From assembly GCF_037042905.1 (NCBI RefSeq), contig NC_087259.1:22754001-22818000 (forward strand): DNA of 64,000 nt, given 5' to 3'. Source of the stretch: Lytechinus pictus (taxonomy: Eukaryota). Under the pieces are notes generated by a model. It ran no database searches, was not told the origin of the DNA, and saw nothing but the letters and a program-made list of their open reading frames with translations. Both the position numbers and the translations under genes were made by a program. Of this stretch, positions 23,787 to 35,740 are shown piece by piece (the first letter of the stretch is position 1; every line of letters begins with the position of its first letter).

Positions 23787-26700
23787 TGTTGTTGTTGTTG
23801 TTGTTATTTTAAATAGGCAAACTAGTCAGTTTTGACGATTGTTGCCTTGTAAATTTGCTTTCCCTTTTTTTTCAAAAGAATAATTTCTTTGTTCAATCTA
23901 TATCAGTTAAAAAAAAGTGAAGGAAAGATAGGAAAGAAAAGTTCTTAGGAAATCGTGCAAGACCACCTCTCCTGCCCTGTATTAGTACGTTATCCTGACA
24001 AGCCCGCTCGAGGTACATTTCGAGGGCGTCTCAGGCGTACAAACAAATTGTACTCCCTATGTCTCTCAAACGTGAGCAGGTGGCGCTCTATCCGATACCT
24101 CGTAGAACTCCATTTTAAAATTCCGCAGGTGAAAATTTATGTCAAATCGATCAGATCAATATTAAATTTTTTTTTTTAACTTTTTAACAAAAAAATACAT
24201 TTACAGTAGAGTAAATACTGACATTCAAGGGCCATATGATAAAGTGAAAGTGACAAGAAAGGTGCACACATAGACTATTTAGGTGAAAAGATCATCGATT
24301 ACATCATAAACAATTACCCCCCAAGATGAATAATATACACCTTGCTCAGAAAAGTATTTTGGTCACGAAGTCTTGACTACACCCTGTTGTAATGGTTGCC
24401 ATCCTGGCAACCAAATTGAAATCTATAAGTCCTTTTGAAATATCTGATAAGTGCACTTTGGGTCTTTACTGCGAGATTCTCCACTTTACGTTCCGCATCA
24501 GAGATATTGTTAACATTTAATTCAGCAAGTAATAGGGCTCGTTGAATTATAAATCTAGGGCGAACATATAAGAAGTGGTACATCGTTTCTCTTTCATTGC
24601 AGAAATCACACTTTCCAGTTGTGTGTCTTCCCGTCTTAAAAAGGAAGTCATTCAAACCCAAACCTCCCAAACGTAATCTGTGGATCATTTTTTCACCACT
24701 TTTGTCTGTGCAGAGATAATCAAAGGGTGTTTTTTCTGATACAACTTTCTGGTATTTTCTTAATTCTGAAGTTGACTTGTCCCATCTCTTCTGCCATTCA
24801 TTTCTTGCAAGGACTTTTACAATCTTTTTTGTTTCTTGGATATTCAAACCATTATTTATCTCTATTTCTTGTTTTAGGGCTGCCTTTGCATAGAAGTCAG
24901 CCGTTTCGTTTCCATTAACCCCACAGTGAGATGGAATCCACTCTAAGCAAATCAATATACCTTTATATTTTAGACAAGTAGCGGTATTTATGATTTCTCT
25001 AACGAAATTATCATCGTTGTTTTCCTTCACTGCTTCGATAGCACTCAGAGAATCGGTAAAAATTACCACTTTATTATAAACATTCAAAATTTCCAACCAT
25101 CTTCTTCATCCTACACTGACTGCCTCCTTCAATCCTGAAGATTCTTGCAGTATTGTAGTACCGGGGGCCGGCAGGTGCAATACACCGGGTGAACACCCTA
25201 CTCTTTGACGAACCACTGCAGTGCCAGAACAATGGCGACCAATTCTGATCTATACGATGATGTAAAATTTTGCATTCTTTTACATTCGATTACCCGCATA
25301 GCAGGCACGTAAAAACAAGCAGAGGCATTGCCGTGCACCGGGTCTCTAGAACCATCAGTGTAAATATGGAGATTCTCTCTCCACTTTGTATTAATATACT
25401 CCACAGTTGTGTTATATTGATAAAAAACGTTATCACTTTTGGATACAAGCTCATGCAGCTTCAATGACACTTCTGGTGGAGAGAGATGCCAAGGAGGCAT
25501 GGGTGTATAAGACTGAAAAGATTCAGTTGTGTAGTATATATCATCTTCCAAAACTCTCAAACCAAAAGGTTTTCGTGCTTTCTTATTTTTTTCGTATTCA
25601 AATTGCCAACAGTTCTTCAATGAAGATTGGAGTGGGTGTTTGGCGTTTTGTCTTATTTTTGCTTTGTAAACCTTGCTAAGCATGTATCTTCTCAGATCGA
25701 GTGGTAATTCACCAGTATCTACCTGTAAGGATTCCAGGGAGGTACCCGGCAACGCCCCTGTGCACAATTTTAAAGCCTGGTATTGAATAGTCAACAAGAA
25801 GTTCTTCACATGATCATGAGCTGAATCATATGCTTCTGCTGCATAATCCAACAATGGCCTGATGACCACTTTATAAAAAGTCAAAAGGCTTTTATAACTA
25901 CTTCCCCACTTAGTTCCCACTAGTCTTTTCATTATATTTATTTTCTTTTTTGCTCTTGTTACAATCATATTTATATGTGGTCTCCATGTTAACTTTCTAT
26001 CCAGTACTACTCCTAAAAATAGATGTTCGTCCTTTTGTGGTAAGGGGACCTCATCTAATTGAATCTGTACACATTTGTTAGTGTTACTAAAAAGCAAAGT
26101 AACAGATTTTTCTTTAGAAAGGGTAAAACCCCATCTGTTGAACCACTCATTTAGGATATTCACATAGGTTTGTACTTTTCTTTTTTTTTTTCCACTTTTC
26201 CATATAACACAGTCGTCTGCGTATATAGAAATATTGACAGATTCGTCCATTGGTATGTCCGACAACATTAAATTGAAAAGGACGGGACTTAGGGAACTAC
26301 CCTGCGGTAGCCCTTCCTCTATGTCCTGTATATCTGAGAGGTACTTATTTGCCCTGACCTGGAAAGAGCGCCCGCTTAAATAGTTCCATAAGAACTTGAC
26401 CATGTTGCCTTGGAAACCAAGTTTATTAAGTTTATAAATCAAGCCTTCCTTCCATAGTCTATCATAAGCCTTCTCCATGTAAAAGAAAACGGCCAGGGTA
26501 TGTTCTTTATTCCCAATACTTTTTTTAATGTCATTTTCAAGTTGGGTTATATTGTCTTTTGTGCTTCTTGCCTTTCTAAAAGCACTGTGGCAACATGGTA
26601 ACAAACTATGTTTTTCCGTAAACCATACCATTCTTTCTTTGATGATTTTCTCAACTATTTTGATGAAACAGTCATTAAGAGCGATAGGCCTGTAGGAAGG

Positions 26701-27292
26701 AACGTCTGTAGCTTCCTTGTGTGGTTTCAATATTGGGACTATGACGCAATGCTTACATTGGAGGGGAACAATAATCCTGTTTCCCATATGCTTTTAATTA
26801 TAGTTAACATTATCACTCTCCCTTTGTGTGAGAGATTTTTATATACTTCATACCCAACGCCATCTTTACCTGGAGAAGACTCTTTACATTTTTTTAAAGA
26901 TATTCTCAATTCGTACATGGTAAAGGGTTCATTAAGGACACTGCTACCCTTAGCATCACCAAATGATGATATGATGTCCTCATATTTTTTAACAATATCT
27001 ATTTGTTCAGGGGTAAAAACTTTGCCCTTAAAACTATCGTTTATGTTTTTAAAGTGGTTGGCGAAAGTATCCGCAACGTCATTGCCAGTAACAACGGAAC
27101 TATTCTCTCTCATGAGAACAATGTTTTTCCTGGGCGAAATACCATCATTATTGATCCTTTTAATCATATTCCAGATCTCGGATAAAGGGGTAAAACAATC
27201 AATGTCTTGACAGTACTTTTCCCAGTAAACTCTTTTGGCTTGCCTTAAAGTTTTCTGGGCAATAGATCTTTTCTTCTTAAAATCCTCCAATA
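23787..27292 (-). mobile_element. 5'-truncated RNase H-containing LINE (I/Nimb/Ingi group) nested in the IS3EU element
   Basis: ORF pieces 26739-27290, 25198-26787 (SYRPIAL, GLPQGSSLSP, YADD, RNase H YTDGS..SELVAI) and 24377-25096 (FTDSLSA, WIPSHCGVNGNETAD, CDFC..H zinc knuckle); (AAC)n 3' tail at 23787-23805; frameshift near 26760. Confidence 0.9.
25100..25210 (-). mobile_element. Short retroposon (SINE-like 3' fragment) inserted in the LINE RNase H domain
   Basis: Flanked by a 5-bp direct repeat AACCA (25095-25099 and 25211-25215); ends GAAGAAGA on the minus strand; removal restores ALQW-LEILNV. Confidence 0.8.
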
Positions 27293-27452
27293 AATCTGGA
27301 GGGGGACGTTGGCGCTATATATCCATCGATTTCGATGATTTTCGCCAGGCTTGGTTTGAGAGCTTCGGCGTCGGCGTCGGAGCTTCCTGGAGTTAGGGCG
27401 CGGCGGACTGCTCCCTTCTTCATAATTATATGCCATCACGTGGTAGTTATAA

Positions 27453-27614
27453 ATAAGTGGTGGGAACGACTTATAAGTGGTGGGAACGACTTATAAGTGG
27501 TGGGAACGACTTATAAGTGGTGGGAACGACTTATAAATGGTGGGAACGACTTATAAGTGGTGGTAACGACTTATAAGTGGTGGGAACGACTTATAAGTGG
27601 TGGGAACGACTTAT
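27453..27614 (-). repeat. Right subterminal tandem array, ~8 x 20 bp
   Basis: TTATAAGTGGTGGGAACGAC units, the reverse complement of the left array. Confidence 0.97.
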
Positions 27615-29137
27615 TAAAACAAAATTGTCATGCATGTCCCCTCCCGGGCTCCGTACCTATCAGTCCAAGGTTGATGTTATGTAGATGAGGGCATGTGATT
27701 CCACTTCACAAGGGGACAATAATTGCCAAGTTTTGTTCAAGCTTCATGCGCCAAAATTTTGTGTTAAAATTTCGATTTTTTATTTTTATTTTTCACCCCC
27801 TTCCGAAACATGAATCGACATCCCGACTCTGAATTATACATATATATATATATATATTTTAGCCTATAGCGACCAAACCATTTTCTTCAAAAAATATCCT
27901 TAAGAATTAAACAATTTCAGAGCGCTAACTTTCGGCAAAATAGACAAACCGAGTTAAATCGTGAATTTTACGACACAAGTATTCGTGTTAGGTAAAGTGG
28001 AGTAGGCATATTTGAAGAAAAGAAAAGTCGCTAGACATTTTATTGTTTGTTTTCCAATGTTAACATTTTATTGTATTGCAGGGGATCGATCAATGACTTG
28101 ATATACTCATCCTTCATGATATCATTAATGTATTATGCATTAAGATGTTATTTTGTTTGGCGAGGGAGCGTAGCGACCGAGCAAGAAAATATAAGGCATT
28201 AATTTTAGAGCACTTGACGACTTGAATAGAATACTGCATTGCTCAATACAAATATACGCATAGGGCCTACATATCTATTTTTTGTTCTTTGTGGTCGATC
28301 TTTTTTCTCTTTTTTTGAGGGGGGGGGGGGCTTCAGCGATTTTGAGGGCGGCTTCAGTCCAAACTCCCCGAAGCTCCCCCCTTCCCGAACCGCGTCTGGT
28401 GCCAAGTCGACTTACAGAGAGTTCTGTCGGCATTAAAATATACATTAAGACCATTATGTATCTTGGCAAGTCGACATATAACTTTCTATTAGTGGACTTG
28501 ACATGATAGCATATCTCACCATGTTAACATGGTCGAAAATGAAAAGATCTATCTTTCCCTCTTGTGTCAGTTGCGTTAACGAAGAATTCCCGAACACCAA
28601 ATGGCCTAAAAGTGATTAGTTTTGGTCGACCTACCCTATACTAAGGTGTCTTATAAAATGATATGTAATTGTACAATATAGTGGGCCTCCACATCCCAAA
28701 AGAAGAGACATGAGATGATAAAAATTTATTTTCCTAACAAACAATCGTTTAATTGCATGCATTGGCGTAATGAGCCATTAAACAATATTTAGGGACCGGA
28801 CATGGCGTATCGGGCAAAATTGATAAAAAGTTACATTATTTTTTAAAAAAATCAAATTTTGTCATAGATTTTGATATATTCAGAAAATGATTTCATATTT
28901 CAGCCTTCTCTCTTTCCTTTTCTTTCCTTTTCTCTTTTTTATTGGTCTTAAAAACTTAGGGGGCAAGCGCCCCCAAGGCCCCCATCTGCACGCCACATGC
29001 CCTTTCGATAGCGCAGTATAGGTACGGGGACAGAATTTACAAAAGCGCAATTTTTGTAAATGGGTCACAGGTATCAAAAGCATCAATTCTAGTCACCAAT
29101 TACTTGGCAACCTATTTTGAAATGCTAATTCATGCAA

Positions 29138-29430
29138 ATAATAATAATAATAACGGTATATTTACCCAGGGTAGCCGCTTCAGTTCCGAAAACTGTTCTC
29201 CCAGCGGGCCCTGCTATTATTATTACACCGGCTAAGCTAGGCTACTTATTCAGGTGGACATAGCTTTTTGAGGAATTACTTCCTGCTGGTACCCATTTAC
29301 CTCACCTGGGTCGAGTGCAGCACATTGTGGATGACTTCCTTGCTGAAGGAAACTAAGCCATGGCTGGGATTCGAACCCATGACACTCTGTTTCAAAGTCC
29401 GGAGACTAATCCACTGGGCCAAGACGCTCC
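29138..29430 (-). mobile_element. tRNA-derived SINE
   Basis: Minus strand: GGAGCGTCTTGGCCCAGTGG (A box), GGTTCGAATCC (B box), core TGTGCTGCACTCGACCCAGGTGAGGTAAATGGGTACC, (TAT)n tail. Confidence 0.88.
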
Positions 29431-30492
29431 AAATTTCATGCAGAAAATACATATATCACCACTTCTCCTTGTAGAGTAATAATAACAATCAAATTAGGCC
29501 GACTACATTTTGGGACCGTTTTCAGGTCAAGCATAGGCTATTTATTGTACATCACTATAGGAGTCGATAAACTGTTTAACCACGATTATATAAACACTGA
29601 ATGATAATCTATGTGATTATGTGCTATAATAAAACACACATCAACAATCATGGATAGCAATTTTATCACTTTTGAATGATTAAGCGTTTTGGAGAGAAAT
29701 CAAAAAATGGGTTACTGGGAATTTGCTCAAAGTGATGATTTATGCAAATTGATATGTTACATGTATGGAAGAAATACACAAAATCAATCATATCTCATGA
29801 TGCAGAATTGAACACAACGCCCTTTTCTGTACATATCTCCCTTTTATGATAGAGCATTAATACTAGACATAAGGGGCCAAGAAAATGATGAATGGCCTAT
29901 ACTTACAATGGACATTTCATGTAGGACTCACATGCACTATCATCTCATCTCACATCTCATCGAGGATAAATCATAAAAACCCACTTTTTACGTGTATTTA
30001 TTTATTTATTATTTATTTTATTTATTTATCCATTTATTTATTATTTTCTATTATTTATGTACTCATTTCTCTCCCCTCTTGCGTTAATTCACTCTTATTC
30101 CATTCTTTGTCAACTCGATATTATGTAAGACTGTCACTGCATATAGGAGCCTTCAACCAACAAGCCTTTTTTTTACTTTTTTGGCTCTTTCATTTCCACA
30201 TCTCTCATTTTATTTTCTCAGTCATTACTACAAAATATAATTTTCATTCCTTTCTGAATTCATGTAATCAGTATTTTTTTTTTTTGTATAGGCCTATTTT
30301 TTTTTACATTTATTTTGTCCTGCGTCTGAAAAAACATGAGGGCGACGGGCGAGTTCGCCCTCATGACTACCCAAATCGCCCCTAAAGTTCCCCCAAAAAC
30401 TATGCTTTGGGGCGACCATGCTTTCTAGAGTCGCCCCAAGATGATCTGTCCCAAACAAAGTTCAAGACTATTTAGAAAATCCCTATTCAACC

Positions 30493-30634
30493 TAAATAAG
30501 AACCTTGTCTATTTGTTGCTCTGGGCTATGAAGCTTCAGGTGCTATGGCAGCTAACAATGAACACGGTCCCTGTGCACATAAAAGAACAAACGCTTACAC
30601 CAATGATGCAGTGTGCATAATACATAATCCTCTA
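30493..30634 (-). repeat. 3' LTR (TA...TA termini)
   Basis: Direct repeat of 35599-35740. Confidence 0.93.
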
Positions 30635-30886
30635 TCTCCCCCCAAGTCTTTGGCGTGTATTGTAGAGAAGATGGCAATACGGGAACGAAGACTGAAGAAG
30701 TCAAATTAACAAAGATGGTGCATCGTCGAAACGAGTCCATAAAGCTCCATGTATAAAATCAAGAACCGTGGGAATAACATAATTAACTAACACTAAGGAA
30801 CGCGAAAACAACGTGCAAAGTCAACACCAGTGCAAATAACAGGAAACTCTTGAATGCAACACTAATGTCAGTTGAACTGGCTGAAA

Positions 30887-32680
30887 TCACATGGAATAGT
30901 CCGAGTGCCAGACAGGCTGTCTGGTGCGACGGGTAGAGCACCGTGGTGCTGTAGGAGGGGTGCCAGGCGGAGGAGCAGTGATCGGTGCAGGAACTGGATC
31001 CAAGCCGGGGGCTGCTGGTGGTGTCTCAGGCGGCGTTGTGAGGGAGTCCTCCACGGTAGAGGGGGGATGCGTTCCACGAGGGGCATCCTTGGCTGCCTGC
31101 GGAGGTGAAGAAGCGGCAGAAGCAGGCTCAGGGGGGCGGCATGGGGCATCTGCAGTGCCGGTATGTCGCAGGGAGAGTGGCACCTGTCCCACACGGCTAG
31201 AGAGGGGTGCGGGTGCTGGACGGTGATGTAGAGAGATGTCTTCCTCCATAGTCAGTGGGGGTGGGTGCCGTCGCACAGGCACATATTTCCGAAGAAATTT
31301 CCTGTTGCGGAGGGTGACCCTCCCAGAACCATCAACTCGGATGACGTATTGGTCATACTGTCGAACTTCGATCACAGTCCCAGTTCTGTCCCACTTGAGT
31401 GGGTGTGGTCCTGTCTGATTCTGGAGGCGGACGTGGTCTCCGACGGCAAGGGGCAGGAGCCGTTTAGTATGCTCGGACCAACGTTCTGCGTCCCTCATGT
31501 GACGGGTACGAAGTGCTTCTTCCCGAGCTGCCAGGGTCTCGCGCCATGTGTTGTGTGGTAGATATTTGCCTGGGGCAATGGGGATGAAGTCTTGGATTGG
31601 ATGGCCAAAGACACACATAGCCGGGGAGAGCCTGGTGTCCCTGTCAGGAGTGTTCCGGTACTGCAGCATAGCCCGTTGGAAGGTATCAGTGTCTAGGGCA
31701 CCTGCAGGGCTGGTGTTGGACATGATGAGACGTTTCACGGATTTGACAGCCACCTCAGCACGACAGTTGCTATGTGGGTAAGCAACGGATGAAAGTCTGT
31801 GATGAATGCCCCAGTCCTTGAGAAAGCGGCGTGTGGCAGCTCCTGTAAATTCTGGGCCACCATCCGATGCTAGTTCATCCGGGATCCCGAAGGTGACGAA
31901 TGTCCTCCGTAGGCAAGAAATGAGTCCAGTTGCCCCTTGATTGGACCTCTCAACGATGGGCCAATTGGAGTAGCGGTCCACGATGACCAGGTAGTTGCAG
32001 CCCTTGTAGTGAAAGAAATCGGCACAGATGCATTGGAAAGGGAAAGCCGGAGACAGCAACGGGGTCGGGGGTGCACGCGGGTTGGAGGGTGCGATCCTGT
32101 TGCATTGGTTGCACCGGGCACGGAGAGCTGTAATGGCTGGAGTGATGCCAGGCCAAAAGACTGAGGACTCGGCTCTGGCTGTCATAGAAGTTACTCCTTG
32201 GTGCGCAGCATGCAGATGAGCCAATACTTCCTCCCGGAGTGATGGTAGTATGACAATGCGGTCTTTGTAGAGGATGACACCATCACTTGTATAAAGGTCG
32301 TCACGGAATGGGAAATATTCGCGGACAGGTGAGGGGAGCTCATGACGAAACTCCGGCATGCCAGCTTCAACAGCATTGAGTAGTGCTTGCATGTTGTCGT
32401 CACTAGTTGTGGCAGTACGGACCCGGTCCCATGTGACTGACTTCAAGTGGAGGGACTCCAGGGCACACATAGCAGAGGAAAGCGTGCAAATCCCGACAGT
32501 GTCCTCTTGTGGGGCCATGGTTCGGAGGCCTGCCATGAGTGATTCGGAGTGCAGGAACATGGCAGGGGTCAAAGAGATTGCAGCGATGTCATCAGGGAGG
32601 TGCAACTTCTCTGGCTCACCAGGACGGTGTCTGACGCCTGGAATGTGGACCATACGGAACTTGTATCGCAGGGTTTTTTT
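30887..32680 (-). pseudogene. Gypsy integrase region
   Basis: HAAH..CNQC zinc finger, CADFF / SDGG / RAEVAV (DDE), Pro-rich tail; frameshifted from RNase H at the T run near 32675-32681. Confidence 0.9.
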
Positions 32681-33697
32681 TCCTTCAAATTCCTCAGGCG
32701 GGGATTTGGGATGTCTTGTAGGGCGCAATCGGCAAAGATCTTGAGGAGGGGCTTGTGATCGACAGCTATGGTGAGGTCCTCACATCCCAAGACGAAGTAT
32801 CTCGCCTTGTCCAGGGCATCAGCTACGGCTAGGGCTTCGCCTTCCTCTGGAGCATAGCGTGCCTCAGCGGCATGGGTGAATCTGCTCCCAACAAGGGTGA
32901 TCTTCCAGCCCGTATTGCAGCAGAAGGGTTCAGTGTTGTTGCAGCTGCAGTGTTTTTGTAGGAGCCAGAATCCGATGCCATTCTTGGACCAGTCTGTCGC
33001 GAGGCAGGTGGGTTTGTGTGGATCAAAAATGCGCACGCCTTCCTCAATCTCGCTGGCAATGGTGGCTTTGGACTCGTCGAAAGCTGTCTGGAGTGCTGTG
33101 GTCCATATGAAGGGTGTGTTGGGCTTCAAGAGGTCACGGAATGGGAGCATCTTCTCAGCCATACTGAAGGCGTAGGACACTTGATTGACAAGGCCAAACC
33201 AGGAGCGCACATCTGTGATGCCGGTGGGCGTCGGGAATTCAAGGATGGCTTTTAAGTACTTCTCACACGGGCGAACACTGTCAGGGGTGATCTCAAAGCC
33301 AGCAAATTCGACGATATCCGCACCGAAGGTGAACTTCCTAGGATTGAGGGTAATCCCGTTGCGGTCGCAGATATCCAGCCATTCAACAGCCTGGAAGAAA
33401 CTGTCTCCCACCGTGTCAGCCCACAGTGTCTTATTTTGGATGCCCGAGACGATGTAGCCCTGAGGGGCTGTCTTGTAACGGTACCTGCCCCATGGGGTAA
33501 TGAAAGTGGTGAGGTGTCGGTCCTCTGGGCATATGGGGACGCTGTGGTAACCATTCCATGCATCTAATACCGTCTTCTTCTTCCCATGAGGGACAGAGCG
33601 GGCCTGAATGAAGGGTGATGGTGTATGGTGCGTTTCACGTGTAGCATGGATGTTGAGGGCCTGAAAGTCGACTGTTCGACGCGGTTTACCATCCTTC
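32680..33697 (-). pseudogene. Gypsy RT/RNase H region lacking the catalytic YxDD motif
   Basis: KKDGKPRRTVDF, LDAWNGYH, TFITPWGRY, then PQGYIVSGIQNKTLWAD with no DD; RNase H ATDWS, EALA, VDHKPL. Confidence 0.88.
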
Positions 33698-33698
33698 T

Positions 33699-35576
33699 TT
33701 ATAAAGACTTAGCACACACCACCATCCTGTGGCACCATGTAACAGGCTCCCCAATGGGTACAGGTTCCAGCACGCCCAACTGCACATCATGATCCAAATT
33801 AGCCTTGACGGCATCATGCCAATGGAGTGGGACCGGCACAGGTGTGTGATGAGCGACAGGTTCCGTATCTGGGTCTACCATCAATTTCATCGGGGGGCTA
33901 TCCATGAGTGGCAAGAGCTGATGCTCACAGGTATTGAATGTGCTGGACTGGTAGTAATCTAGGAGATACTGTTGGAGCTTCTCACGGTTTGCGTCAGTCG
34001 CAGGGAATGGCAGTTTTGTAGGAGGCAGTGGGGGCAGTTGACGTCGAGGGCAGGGACAGGCGGCCCGCTTGGGAACCTCCTTGAGGGTGGCTGCTCTGTC
34101 TGATTGGTGTGCCCCTTGTGTCATGCCAAGAGTAGGGAAGCTTTTTGAGATGATCCCCAAGGCAATGCAGGCCTCTTTGCTTAGGAAGAGCTTATCAGAA
34201 CTGTCTGTGACATAAGTGAGTTGCCGTGACTCAACCATGTGACCAAGAGGATCTTGGCCAGAGAGGCGTAGGGGAACGGCTCCGAGGATCGTAATACCGC
34301 CCTCAGTTGCGGTGTGCATCGCCATGGTGACAGGAATGATGTCTTGCTGACGTAACCCAAGGCGGCGTAGGACCTTTAACCCGGCGAGGCAGCTCTGACA
34401 CCCAGTGTCCGCCATAGCTGGGATGGCGCTGGTTTGTGAGGGGGATGACAGGTTAAACCCGAGGGCTCGATAGTCCTCCGGAACAGCCCTTACAGTCACA
34501 TTGAGGTATGGCTGAGGAGTTGATTTCTTCCTGTGCCATGCTCGGGAAATGTCATCATATACGTGGTGATCAATGGGGAGGCCATGTGATTGTCCTAGGT
34601 CACGGATAGCACAAAAGGTATCGAAGATGGCCCCCTCCTGCTCACCCGAGGAGGTCGACTGTGACGTTTTCGGCTTGCCCTTGGTGCGGCAGACGTCCTC
34701 CACGTGGTGGAACTTGTCGCAGTGACCACATTTCTGTCCATAGGCCAGGCACTGCATCTTGCGGACACGAGCTGGGGCACTCCGTCCGTGTCCTTTCTTG
34801 CCACAGTAGGCACACAGTTCCTGTTTGTCCTTGGGTCCTGGGTATGCCTGCTTAGCTTTCCTATAGGAGGAGCTACTGGCCGTTTCCGTGTGTGAGTCGA
34901 GGAGAGAGGAGGCAGAGCGTTTACCAGCCTCTTTCGCTTCAATGAACTGGAAAACCTCTTCCAGGCCCATGTCTTGGTTTTTGTCCCCTAAAAGATCGAG
35001 CTGGATTTCAGAATCGGCAATCCCCCTGGTAAGCACATCCCGCATGATCGCGTCAGTGTAATTGACGTCAGCATTACAGGCAGGGCAAGCTATGATGAAT
35101 TTGCAAATATCCGCTTGTCCCCGCAGACGGGCGCCGAAGCTGCGAACTGTCTCGTCCCTGTCTTGACGCATGTTGTGGAGTGTCACGCGGGCAACCATGG
35201 TGTTCTCCTCTCGTACGGCAAGCTTCTTGATGGCTGTCAGCACCTCATCCTCAGTTTTGTTGGTGAGGCTGCCACCAGCAGCTCGCGTGAGGTCCTTCCG
35301 TAGGGGCTCGTCACAACATTCCAGAAGCTGGACAACTTTGTCTTTCCCAGTGATCCTAGTGGCATCGACGTAGTCGGACCACCGCGACTTGAAGTACGCC
35401 CATTCCTCGCTGGTGCCAGCAGCAGCAATAGTTGGTCTTTTGACCTTCTCGACCTTGGCGGCTTGTCCAGAGGTGTGAATGGTACTGTGGGCAGTTAGAA
35501 GGGCAGCTACGATGGCAGCATCAAGGTCTGGTGTGGCGTAGTCACAGCCGGGAATTGGGCAGTTAACGGTAGGCAT
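33699..35576 (-). CDS. Gypsy gag-protease (premature stop at the start of RT)
   Basis: Two zinc knuckles (CAYCGKKGH..C; CGHCDKFHH..C), aspartic protease ADTG; an ~11-bp insertion after VVCAK creates TAA and a frameshift. Confidence 0.9.
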   Translation of the reverse strand: MPTVNCPIPGCDYATPDLDAAIVAALLTAHSTIHTSGQAAKVEKVKRPTIAAAGTSEEWAYFKSRWSDYVDATRITGKDKVVQLLECCDEPLRKDLTRAAGGSLTNKTEDEVLTAIKKLAVREENTMVARVTLHNMRQDRDETVRSFGARLRGQADICKFIIACPACNADVNYTDAIMRDVLTRGIADSEIQLDLLGDKNQDMGLEEVFQFIEAKEAGKRSASSLLDSHTETASSSSYRKAKQAYPGPKDKQELCAYCGKKGHGRSAPARVRKMQCLAYGQKCGHCDKFHHVEDVCRTKGKPKTSQSTSSGEQEGAIFDTFCAIRDLGQSHGLPIDHHVYDDISRAWHRKKSTPQPYLNVTVRAVPEDYRALGFNLSSPSQTSAIPAMADTGCQSCLAGLKVLRRLGLRQQDIIPVTMAMHTATEGGITILGAVPLRLSGQDPLGHMVESRQLTYVTDSSDKLFLSKEACIALGIISKSFPTLGMTQGAHQSDRAATLKEVPKRAACPCPRRQLPPLPPTKLPFPATDANREKLQQYLLDYYQSSTFNTCEHQLLPLMDSPPMKLMVDPDTEPVAHHTPVPVPLHWHDAVKANLDHDVQLGVLEPVPIGEPVTWCHRMVVCAKSL

Positions 35577-35587
35577 GTTTGAGAGTT

Positions 35588-35598
35588 GACCGTGTTCA
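35588..35598 (-). promoter_or_regulatory. Primer-binding site complementary to the element's own LTR (putative self-priming)
   Basis: Minus-strand TGAACACGGTC directly after the 5' LTR is the exact complement of GACCGTGTTCA inside the LTR (35665-35675); no TGG tRNA-type PBS. Confidence 0.75.
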
Positions 35599-35740
35599 TA
35601 AATAAGAACCTTGTCTATTTGTTGCTCTGGGCTATGAAGCTTCAGGTGCTATGGCAGCTAACAATGAACACGGTCCCTGTGCACATAAAAGAACAAACGT
35701 TTACACCAATGATGCAGTGTGCATAATACATAATCCTCTA
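35599..35740 (-). repeat. 5' LTR (TA...TA termini)
   Basis: Direct repeat of 30493-30634; ends 22 bp before the gag ATG. Confidence 0.93.

Larger units (their letters stand above)
20753..27655 (+). mobile_element. IS3EU-type DNA transposon, both ends intact
   Basis: TIR TACGGAGCCCG(A/G)GAGGGGACATGCATGA at 20753 and its reverse complement ending at 27655; 6-bp TSD CCTATC at 20747-20752 and 27656-27661. TAY..RTA termini with a 6-bp TSD and an integrase-like DDE protein match the IS3EU superfamily description. Confidence 0.88.
30493..35740 (-). mobile_element. Ty3/Gypsy LTR retrotransposon (Mag-like), full length but defective
   Basis: Two 142-bp LTRs with one mismatch; flanks CAACC/CAACA (5-bp TSD, one mismatch); gag-PR-RT-RH-IN order; polypurine tract GGGGGAGA abutting the 3' LTR. 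Confidence 0.95.

Noticed and set aside
29885-30385. 166-aa hydrophobic ORF
   Set aside because: Derived from T-rich (ATTT)n low-complexity sequence; no motifs or splice support.
30868-35428. Many short overlapping ORFs in the Gypsy region
   Set aside because: Alternative-frame and antisense by-products of GC-rich gag-pol sequence.
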